DNA from: Rhina ancylostomus
Lineage: Eukaryota
Direction of reading: 5' to 3'
DNA length: 64,000 nucleotides
Assembly (NCBI GenBank): GCA_030265395.1
Contig: JARFYF010000065.1
Span: 12,291,184-12,355,183 of the forward strand
The stretch's first letter is position 1. The number at the start of each line of letters is the position of its first letter. Positions 25,601-37,600 of this stretch are shown here, one piece after another. A program made the position numbers and the translations under genes. Under the pieces are notes generated by a model. It searched no databases, had not been told where the DNA came from, and worked only from the letters and a program-made list of their open reading frames with translations.

Positions 25601-28600
25601 ACAGTTGCAACATTAGGTGGCAGTCATTTAAAACTAAGGTACATAGGAACTTCTCGCAGAGGATGGTGACTCTCTGGAATTCTCCACCAAGAGGCTTGTG
25701 GTAGCTAGATCATTGGAGGTATTTAAAAGGGAGGTAGATACTTTTTTTTTGAAGGGTGGAATTCAGGGTTATGGAGAAACAACACAGAAGAGATGAGGCC
25801 CAGGGCAGACCATGATCAGATTGAATGGTTGGGTAGGCTCAAAGGGTTGAGTGGCCTATTCCTATTTTCTTTTGTTTTTGTGTTTGTATGTAGTTACTAT
25901 ACCTGCATGCTAGCCTTCTGCGAATCATGAACTAAGGCTCCTTTGCATCTCGGAGCTTTGCAATCTTTCACTAAATGGATTAAATACCTTTATTTCGTTT
26001 CTGTCAAAATGGGTGATTTCACATTTTTGCGCATTGTACTTCATTTGCCAGGTTTTTGCCTGCTCATTTTATCTATTATTCTTTGTCCCTTTGCAATTTA
26101 CTTTCCTATCTATTGTATCATCACCAAATTTAGCAAAGATTGATGCCTTCATCCAAGTCATTTATATAAGTTGTAGAAAGTTAAGGCCCCAGCATTGATC
26201 CCTGTGGCAGACTGCTCATTACGTCTTGCCAGCTGGAAAGGGACCCATTTATGTATACTCTGTTTCTTGTTAGCCAGCCAATCTTTTATTCATGCCAACT
26301 CCTGCACCATAAACTTCTATTTTCCACAGTAATTTTTTGATACAGCACCTTACCNNNNNNNNNNNNNNNNNNNNNNNNNNNNNNNNNNNNNNNNNNNNNN
26401 NNNNNNNNNNNNNNNNNNNNNNNNNNNNNNNNNNNNNNNNNNNNNNNNNNNNNNATACGGTGTGTCCAACTTCCATTCCTCTCTTTCTACGTTGATGTAC
26501 AATTGCTTGATACCCTCGTGAGTTTTTAACAGGGATTCAAATTGGATCAAACACAAACTTTTTAGTCACCAAGATATTTGGCACTATAACAGATATCAGA
26601 ACAAACTGTGCTGAAAAATCTTATAAATTTGATCTTTCAATCCACAACTCAACATTTCAGCAGTTTCATCTAAAACAAACAAGCTGATCTCTCTGGAAGA
26701 TGTACACCCCCTGTTCAACATGTCAAACACTCTTCCTGGAGTTCTTACAACGATGTTGAGAGCCTCAGCATTCAGCTTCCCTCACTCTCTCCAGCTGAAT
26801 CACATCATTCCTGGGGTATGGTGACCAGAACTGCAACAATGCTCAAGTGTAGCCTAACCAATGTTTTGTACAACTGTAATACGGCATCCCAACTCTTGAA
26901 CTCAGTGTCTCAGCCGATGAAGGCAAATACACCAAATGCCTTCCTCACTACCCTGTCTACCTGTGTTGCAGCTTTCAGGAAATGATGCAACAGCTCTCTC
27001 TGTTAAGCAACACTCCCCAGGGGCCCTGCCATTCACTGTGTACTCCTTGCCCTTGTTTAACTTCCCAAAATCCATTACTTCACACTTGTCTTACTTAAAT
27101 TCCATCTGCATTTCCTTTGTCCACTTTCCCAGTTGATCAATATCCTGTTGTAACCTTAGACAACTTTCTTCTTGTCATCTGCACACTTACTAACCGTACC
27201 ACCTACATTCTCATCCAAATCATTAACGTACATGACAAACAGAGGACCAGTACTGATCCCTGTGGCAAACTGCTGTTCATAGTTCTCCAGTCTGATAAAC
27301 AGCCCTCCTCTGCCTCCCACTACCAAGCCAATTTTGTTTCCAGTTGGTTAGCTCCCTCTGGATCCCATGTGTTCTAAACTACCGGACCATCCTACCATTT
27401 GGTACACTGTCAAGGGCCTTTGTAAAGTCCATGTAGACAATGTCTACTGCTCTGCCCTCACCAATCATTTTGGTCTTCAAAAAAAAATCAAATATGTGAG
27501 ATGTGATCTCCCATGAACAAAATCATGCTGAGTCCCTAATCAACCCTTGTCTTTCAAAATGCAAACAAATCCTGTCTCTCAGAATCCCTTTAATAAACTT
27601 CCAATCACTGATGTAAAACTCACAGGCTGTAGTTCCCTCGCTTGTCCCTGCTGCCCTCCTTAAATAAAGGCACGACATCTTCTGGTATCTCACCTGTGGC
27701 TGACAAAGTTACAAAGATCTCTGATTAAAGTCCCAATAATCTCTCTTTCTTACGTTGCACAACATCCTAGGATACACTTCGTCAGGCCCTGGGGATTTAT
27801 GCAACTTTAGGACCTCGTCCTTTTATAATGTTGACATGCTCCAGGATATCATTGTACCCTCCCCTGAACCGACTAGCTTCCACGTTGTTCTCCACAGTAA
27901 TACAGATGAGGTATTCATTTAAGACCTAATCTGTTTGAACCCTCTCACATTCTCATCAACTCCCCAGACTCTGCTGTTCACCTACACCAGGTGCAGTTTA
28001 CACTGGCAATTAACTCACCTCCCAACCTGCATGTTTTTGTTACACTTGTGTTACTTGCCCCTTGTCAGCCCAAGCCTGAATGTTGTGGAGGATGGGGGAT
28101 GCATTATAGATAGGGATTACTTCATTTTCTGCAAAGTTGCAAATGGAATTGAACTTTGTGCACTGATCAGTGAACATTCCACTTCTGGAGGAAAGGTCAC
28201 TAATGAGGCAGCTGAAGGTGGTTGGACTTTGAAGGATGGGGGTCAATCATCCAAGCTCCAAGCCCCAAAGAACTGCAAGCATCTTCCTTTATACAGGGTA
28301 TGACTCCAGCCTTTGGAATGTTTTCCCCTTGATGCCCCTTGAGCCATGTACCCCAGTATCATAATGGCAACTGCACCTACTTGTGTTGTATCCATGATGT
28401 AGTCTTAATTGTACACGTTTCTAGTGCACTTAAACTCTGTATAATAACACATCTTGTCTCGCCTGGAGGATCTGGACTCTGCGGTTTCTGAGCTTTTCTC
28501 ACCTATACAGCTTTCAATGTGATATGAAGGATGAAACTAAATGCACTTTGTCCCAACATTATAAATGGACGGACCTGTACCCACATGTTTGATAGTTATA

Positions 28601-31600
28601 GACTTGCACTCCTGGTTTATACTTGTCCCATTTGCACTTTATTCCAGTCCCATTTGCACTTTATTCCAGTGTTAAAGGTGATCTGCACCACAGGGTTTCC
28701 TCTGGGTACTCCAGTTTCCTCCCACATTCCAAAGATGTACGGGTTAGGAAGTTGCGGGTATGCTGTGTTGGCGCCGGAAGTGTGGCGACACTTGCGGGCT
28801 GCCCCCAGAACACTCTATGCAAAAAGATGCATTTCACTGTGGGCTTTAATGTACCTGTGACTAATAAAGAAGTCTTATGTCCAGTACTTGATTTGCATAG
28901 TGTCAATACTGTACCCTAGAGTACCACAGTGTCTGGCTAATTACTAGAACTGTACCCCAGTATTAAAGATTGACATACTGTACTCTTTAGTATTATATCT
29001 CAGTATTAAATACAGTTTTTTTTCATGTTGCATTGTTATGGACCTGTGTTTGTAGCCTACTGTTACTTAGTAACACATCTGTGCATTGCAGTAAAGGGGG
29101 TCAGTGTGGCACTGTGGTAGACTTTTACCCATTGATGGAGTTTCCCAAGAGTGAGGCAGATTGACAAGAAGCGTAGTTAACTGGAGGATTAGAATTTTAG
29201 GAATCGGTGACCAAATTATAGAAGATAACAAAATATGTGAATAAATTGTCAAGAAATATGACAAGAAATAAAAGCTTCTGTATGTATGTAAAAAGGCAGA
29301 CAGTAGCAAAAGAAAGCGTGGGTTCTTTAGAGGCAGAAGGAGTTAGAATGGTAAGTGAATCAGTGGCTGTGATGTGAAAGAGTATTTTGTGTTTGTGTAC
29401 ACTGCAGAAGACTCAATAAAAGTAATAGTTAACCAATAGCCTAAGTGTAAACAGCTTACTTGAAGCAGCACCAGAGACAGGTGATAAACTGGTGTTGATC
29501 TTCAAAAATTCCCCAGATTCTGGAGGTGGGGGGGCGGGGCAGGGCGTGGGGTCAATGATTCAACCTGACACCAATATAATATGAGCCTTTAGCTTTATTT
29601 CAACCACATAAAGTTTCTGTGCACTGGTGTTAAATTGATAAGTATCAACAGTCTAACAGGCCGTACTAAAAATTCCAGTGCTGGGCAGATCATTAGTGAT
29701 ATTTATCCAAATTGAAGTTGCTGAACATGCCCCATTGGACCACAGGGAGGTTTCCCGACTTGCATTGATCCCTCTCACAGGTACCAGTGTGCTGTTCACT
29801 TCTCAACTCCCAACAGGCTGTGGTTTGACTATAATTTCACTCTAAAATAGTGAACTGGCAAGTTAAAACATGTTCCTTTGCTCAGCTCTTTAGAGGTGAA
29901 GTGTTTCTTTCCCCCCAGCTATCTCAACATTGATCACATTGTCAACAATGTCACTCTCCCTTGCACCGTAAACATGTGTTTTAAGCAGCTGCTGAAAGTG
30001 TTTATGAAAACAATTCCTTACTTGTGGATTGTCCCACTATTTGCAGTCTTTGGCATGTCCTTTCTGCATTAACATTTGCAACTTAGCTCTTCCATCAGCA
30101 CATGTTCCAGCCGTCTCGTTTTCATGGTTATGGGATTTTATCTTGCCAACGTACGCTTAAGGCAGCAAATGTAACAGTGTTGTTTGAGAAAATGGAGAAA
30201 ATGGTGCAATGGATTAGTTAGTTTGAGATCAGTCATCACAAAATTCTGAATACTTTATTAAACATCCAGTAACAGCACCCTGAGAAGGTCAGAGTGGTCC
30301 GGAATTTGCGTGGTGTGGAGCCTCTGCTCCCCACTGACCTACAAACACAAAACCCACTTCCTGTGCGGGTCTCCGCAGGGCAATTTGCTGGACAAAGGCA
30401 CTGCAGCCTCGTTGGCAGGGCTCTGCTCGGTGATGGGGCCTTCTGAGATGGGTACACCTGAAGTACAGCGTACAGTTGTAGCAGAGGATATCCCTACCCT
30501 GGAGTTATGCAACGTTGTGCACTGGACTGATTCCTGGGATGGTGTTCTGTGAAAGATTGAGCAGGACAGGTCTGTATTCAGTGCTGCTCAGGAAAATGAA
30601 AGAATTTTCTTGAGAGGTGAGATACTGAAAGGGATTGACACGGCAGCTCTTTTGGCTGATGAATCTAACATTCGGAATCGGGCTGGACACAATGAAAAAC
30701 TTACACAGAGGGTGGCAGCTCCCTACCCCAGAAACTACAAATGCCATTAAATATATTCATGGCTATAATTGATAGTGTTTTTCAACATTATGGGAATTGT
30801 GGAAAAAGAAGAAAGTGGACTTGGTAGGGAGTTGGCTGTGATTTTATGTACTGCGAAGCAGAGTTGAGGATCAGGGGCTGGTGCTGCCTGCGTTTCATTG
30901 TTGTGCAGTGGCAATCCTGCATTCATCAGCGTTGTATACGACCTGTACCCACGTGTACAATGTTTGTGTTTAAATAGGCAGAAACCTGTCACTTGGTATA
31001 GACCAGTGACTGATGACATTGTCTTCCAGGATCATGGGGAGGTGCTGCTTACCTCAGTGCCATCTGTTGTCGGGCCTGTTCCCACCTACAGTGCATTGCA
31101 GTACAATACAGTGATAGGTGGGCTAATCGGTCCATTGCACTGTATCCATTGGTGTGATAGCCCAGTTTATACAGTGACATTGTGGTGTAGCACAGTAACA
31201 CGGCCAGGAGAGCTGCTGCCTCACAACTCCAGTGCCACAGGTTCAGTCCTGACCTCGGCTGCTACAGGTGTAGAGTTTGCACATTCTCCCTGTAACCACA
31301 TGGATTTTCTCCAGGTGCTCTGGGGTTTCCCCCACATCCCAAAAACATGTAGGTTGGTAGGTTAATTGGCCACTAAACTGTCCCTAGTGTGTAGGTGAAT
31401 GGTAGAATCTGGGGGCAGTTGGTGGGAATGTGGGGAGAATAAAAATGGGCTGAGTCTAAATCTGTGATTGATGGTTGTCACTGACTCAATGGGCTGAAGG
31501 GCCTGTTTCCATTCAGTATCATTTTGTGACTCCATAACCGACCATTGCCAGCCAGTTTGTATCAGTATCTCTGCATTAGAAATGTATCAAATGCCTTCTG

Positions 31601-34600
31601 GAATTCCAAGTATATCAGAACCATTGATTCCCTTTCATCCACAGCACGTGTTACTTCAAAGAACTTAAATTGGGTCAAATGTGGTTTTCTTTTCACAAAG
31701 CTACATTGCCTTTGCCTGATTACCTTGAATTTTTTAAAGTTCTCTGCTATAATATCTTTAGTGATAGCTTCAACATTTTCCCTATGAAAGATGTTAAGCT
31801 AACTCTATTTCCTGCTTTTTATCTCCCTTTCCCATCTGATGGAATTTTTCCGGAAGGAATTTTAGAAAATTAAAATCAATGTGTCAAGTATTGCACTGGC
31901 CGCTCTTAAGACTTGTCAGCTCACTGAACAATTTACTCAGTGCCACTGCCCGAGTGATTATGTCATTTTTCTGATCCCGTCTGTCCATCTCAGTTCCCAA
32001 TTTATAGCTATTTCTGGGATGTTGCTTGCATCCTCTATAATGACGGCTCATGCTAGTGTAAAATCCCCATTAATACATTTTCCATTTCATTGTTTCCCCA
32101 TTATAAATTCCTCGGACTTGCTCTCATTAGTACCAAGGCTCATTTTGTTAAATGTCTACAGAAACTCTATCTGTTTTTATATTTCTGATTAGTTTTATGT
32201 TTTAATTATTCCTTCCTGAGTAATCTTTGTCTTTTTTTCATATTTGTCCAATCTTCTGATCTTCCACCCATCTTTGAACAATTAATGTGTTTTCTTTGTT
32301 TGATACAATCCTAACCAAGGATTCTGGGTTCTCCCTTTTGGAATATATCTTGTAGATTCTGAAAGATCCCCTTAAATATATCCACTGCATCTTGATTGAT
32401 CCCTGAATCTAATTTCCAAATTTACTTTAGCTTGTTTTGACTTCATGTCCTTGTGGATTCCCTTTTGAGTTTAAAATACCAGTTGTGGTCCCATTCTTCT
32501 CTCCATCATACTGAATATTAAATCGTACTACGATCACATTATCTAAGGGTGCATAAGCTGGGAAAGTCATTTATCTGGGTTGAATTAACTGATTTTGGCA
32601 TTTGGCCTAATATGGAATTAACTCAATTGGCTTGAGAAAATATCACCCAGACTCTTTCCCTTGAATGTTCTCAGTGATTGCAGCTGGAAGTTGTGTCTCA
32701 CTATTGAATACTTATCTGAAGCACTGCCTTGTGAAGGAATGCCACTTGGCTGAGATGCGGAAAGGCCTTCAGATGGGTCTGAAGAAATGTTGGGAAGCTG
32801 AATTAGTTTTCAATCATATTTTCATTGTCATTGGCTTTCATAATCCTGGTTCTCCATTTCTTGCAGGAGAGCAGTGGGAAAAGCTGAGGACTCTGAATCT
32901 CTTGGCATTACTGTCTATGTATCGCAGGATTGCACAGGTGAACATGCACTCTGATTCATTACGGGCGTACAAGTTGAGCACTGTGCTAGTGAGATTAGAA
33001 CTGCTTGATTTTCTTTAAGTTGAGGTTACTGCTGGCAGAAGCAAATTTGCCTAATTTTAACTATATCAGATTTGATCAAGGTTTACAAATTACAAGCAAT
33101 GTTGGTAAATATAGAAAAACTGTTTCCATTGGTAGAAGGATTGGTAATCTGTTTACGCTGATCTGTACACACAATACACTAATTGAAAGAGTTTTAGAAG
33201 TGGATTGAACAGTAATTTTCTAAAAGGGAATTTTACAAATATTTGAGGGGATTTTCTTCATTCAGTTGCTTGGGAGGATTCCATCTTCCCTAGCCATAGA
33301 ACTATGCATTACTGGCAATTGTGTTTTGTTCAGTGCCTTTACATGAGTATTTGTACCATTCACAGCAAACTCTGAGTGATGTATGTGTCTGGGGTTGAAA
33401 GGGATGGGCACTATTTAAAATTGCTGCAAATCTTTTGTCGGCTGTGGAAAAGTATATGGAAATGTGGCCTATCTAAACTCAACATTTATAATATTGGAAA
33501 ATTGGACAAAAAAATTGGAAAATTAGTTTATTATTGTCACATGTACCGAGGTACAGTGAAAAACCTTGTTTTGCATGCCATCCATACAGAACAAGGTTTT
33601 TCACTGTACCTTGTACCACTGTACCTAATATCTTTGGGATACCGAACTATCCTGTGAGATAAGTGAGTTTTAAAATAAAGGCAATGGATAAAGAATGTGG
33701 TGTAGCCAGTAGAGCAGCTCCCTTGCAGTGTCAGGGTCAAGGTTTAATCCTGACCTCGGGTGCTGTCTTTGTGTAGTTCACGTGTTCTTCCTGTGATAAT
33801 GTGGGTTTCCTCTGGGTGCTCTGATTTCACCCCACATCCAAAGACATCTGGTTTGGTGAGTAAATTGGCCCTAGTGTGCAAGTGAGTGGTAGCATTGTGG
33901 GGGAGAGAGGAAGTTGTTGAGAATGTGGTGAGAATTAAAATAAAATGGGATTAATGTAGTAGTGGTGTAAGTGGGTGGTTGATACTGAAGGGCCTGTCTC
34001 CATGCTCTCAATGTTGTGACTTTGATAACTAGCCATTTATCTTTTTGTATGCAACTTCGTCGTGCTTCAAAAGGCCATCCCTGAAATAAGCCACAGGTCA
34101 TGACAGTGCAATTTCCAACCCTAGTGAAGACAATAAATTAAGTCCCCTATCATCAAGTCTACTGAATATGAATAATTCTCTATCTTCCGAAGTTTTATTG
34201 GTACTATTCCTGCTATGAAGGGGTAAATGGGAAGGTACTTATTTTGCCCTCCCTATTAATAGCGATTCCCTATTAATAGGGTTAGGGTTATTATGTATTA
34301 TTAAGAATACATAATATATTATTATGTATTATTAAGAATGCATAATAATATATTAATAATGTATTATTAAGAATAAAGAACTTTAATTTATATACCACCT
34401 TTCAAAACCTCAACATCCCAAATGGCTCTCAGTCACGGGGTGCTTTTGGAGTGCAGTCACTTCTAGAATGCAGAAAGGTAAAATGGTCAGTTTTAACTTG
34501 GCAAGCTCCCACAAATAGCAACAACATGTATGTGACTTGATAATTCTGTTTCAGTAACGTGGTTGAGAGGACTAAATAAATGGTCAGAAGACTGGGAGAA

Positions 34601-37600
34601 TTCTCCTGTTCTTGTTACGATAATGTCATTGGATCTTTTCCCTTTGCTGGAGGGGCACAATTATTCAAAGGATGACACTTCCAATGGTACTGGCATGGAA
34701 TGTCATCCTAGATTTATATACACAAATCTCTAGTTGAATTTGAACCCACAATATCTGCCAGGAAGAGAAGAGTGCCACTCACACCTGACTTTTCAAATAA
34801 AGTGTAAACAGCAGGTAGAACCAAAACTAAATCAAATTTCTCAAATAAGTAAATGCCTAACTCAATTGGTTTTGATATCTGTCATCATTTCTTTATATCA
34901 TGAAACAAATTGTCTGTTCATTAATTGACCTTGAATCATCTTCACAATTGGTTGAGCATTTTCTAGTTTTAGTCTCTTCACCAGGTATTTGAAAAATGTT
35001 ATCTCATTAAATTTTGAAAGTTCCAAATGAATCCAATACAAATTTTACAAGATGATTGCAGGTAGATCATCAAAGTTTTGCTTTGTATGTGTAGTTTTAA
35101 TGTAATTCTGAGGAGAATGCATTTGAAGTTGGCAATTATTTCTTTTCCTTGTGGGACAGTGTACAAAGGAGATGTGGTGAATCTCTGTGAGATGCAGTTA
35201 AAGGGTGGAAAAGTTCCTGGTTTGGATTGGAAGTCTGTTATTATCCTGGTGCCTGTTCGACTTGGAGGTGAAAATCTCAACCCAGTGTACATGCAGTGTG
35301 TGAAGGTAAACAGTGTGGTTATAATTGAATTATAAATCTTGTGTGCATTCAGGTATTTGTCAGCTTCTAGGCCATAAGCTGTGATAGTCATTTTGATTTT
35401 CAAATCCCATGTATTTTGAGGAAAATCTCAAATAAGGGTGCATAAATTTAAAGGATCGATGCCATAGTTCACAATCAGCAAAGATGGTCTCTGGCATGTT
35501 TTCTGCTCTTCAGACACTTTGTCTTGCTCCTGTTGGTGGCCAGTTCTTGCTGCTTCCTTGCTGATGTACTCTGGTGCATCTCGCTATCTCATCGCCCTTG
35601 TGGCTTTCTACAGAGATCTCTTGGAAGTGTACTAGGCAACTGATTCTTGTATATTTGCAGGAGATCCTGAAGCTTGAATGTTGCATTGGAATCATCGGTG
35701 GGAAACCCAAGCACTCACTTTACTTCATTGGATTTCAAGGTAGGTATTAATGTAGAGTACATCTTGTTTGTTCTCTATCTGGCTGGACGAGTATGGTGAC
35801 CTGTGTTGGGCTCAGAAACAGGAAAAGAGAATTGGAAGTACTAACTGAATATGCATCTTTGACAAACATTTGAGACACGAGACTGCAGATGCTGGAACCT
35901 GGAGCAACAAACAATATGGTGGAGGAGCTCAGCAATGTTTTGGATTGAAACCCTGCACCAGTCCGAATGCAGAGTTTCAACCCAAAACGTCGATGGTTCC
36001 TTTCCTCTCTCAGATGCTGTTTGACCTTCTGAGTTCCTCCTGATTGTTTGTTGCTGTGAAGGAATACAAATATATGTATTATTCAAATGACATTATAGTT
36101 AGGTGACATTGTATTTGGGGAAACAGAAAGGTATGCTTCATTTGGAGTATTCAGTTCTGTTCTGAAACTGGCATGTGGTGAAGATTGGACCCACTGATTT
36201 TCATTTACAAATACTTGGGATTTTATTTACTTTCGTAATGTACTGCGGGGTTGTGATTATGATTTGTTTATTTTAATGAATGATTCCAGTTAGGATGTTG
36301 CTTGAATTTGATTGGGCTGGTTAGATTGGTGATCATGCCATTCCTATGTGTCACAGTTATTTCAAATTCCATGAAGGTTTTCCTTTCGGAGAATTATCAC
36401 TTCATGGAACAAATTTTCTGACTCTGGGATTGCTAAAGTCCTTAAAGAATTTGTCAAGTTTCTGAGTGAAACAAACATTTCCATTATTAGGTTAGTTGGT
36501 TTGGGTTGTAACACATCTTGGAGAGATTTCCTAGAATCTTCCTTGCATTAATCATAAGGTTTTCTTGTTGCTGCTTGTTCCAAAACTCAGCGCATCGTGG
36601 AAGGGATAGCTGGACTGGGGAGTAATTGAACCTTTTTGTTCTTGTGGACTACATAATGTGTGTTTGTACCAGAGTTGGGAGAAACATCATCACTGGCTGG
36701 GCCCATGAGCATTTTCTGCGTTTGAGCTGCCTATTCTTCAAAACTCTATAATGTATTTTCCCAGTCTTTTGCTAGTAGGATAAATTCCAATACCCCACCT
36801 TCTCCTGATCATCCCATGAATCAATCTGGTGAATCTTTGTTGTACTCCCTTTGATCACAATTATATTCTGCCTGAGGTAGGGAGATAAGAACTGTATACA
36901 ATATTCCAGAATATTCCAGGTGCAGACTCACGAGGACCCTTTTTAATGGCAGTGAAATATTTACTCTTGTATTGAAATCCTCTTGCAGTAATGGTCAAAA
37001 TAATCATTTGGCTTTCTGATTGTTCAATGTAGCTGAATGGTTTTTAATGTACATTTCAATCTCCCGCCATTTTAAAAAGAATATTGTTTCTATTTTCTTT
37101 TACTAGTTAAGCAGACAATGTTGCATTTCTCCACGTTATAGTCTCTCTGTACCCTGGCCTATTTAGTTAGCTAGTTAGCTTTTATACATTCCCTTGTAAC
37201 CCCTCTGCATCCTCCTTGCAACTTGCACTGCCACTCAACTGTCCATTATCAGCAAATTTGGATATGTTTCATTTTGCCCCTCATCTAGATCATTGATACG
37301 TATTGTGAACACTGGATCCCCAGCGCCAATGCCTCAGTAGTTCCAACCCAAAAATAACACATGTATTCCTATTTTGAGTTCTATCCATTAATCAATCATC
37401 AATCCATGCCTGTATGTCCACAGTCTTCTGCTCCAAATTCTTCGTAAGTTCCCATACCAAAAATACTCTCAAAGTTCAATGTACCACATCCACTGAATAT
37501 CAATATCACCCCATATCAATTCTATTGATTGCACCTCGGACATGCTTTTCCTTTCATTCATTCATGTTAACTGCCTAATCCAACAATTATTTTCTATGCC

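Noticed and set aside
31180-31270. tRNA gene
   Set aside because: It is a degenerate tRNA-derived SINE head followed by a V-domain and LINE tail, with no intact cloverleaf.
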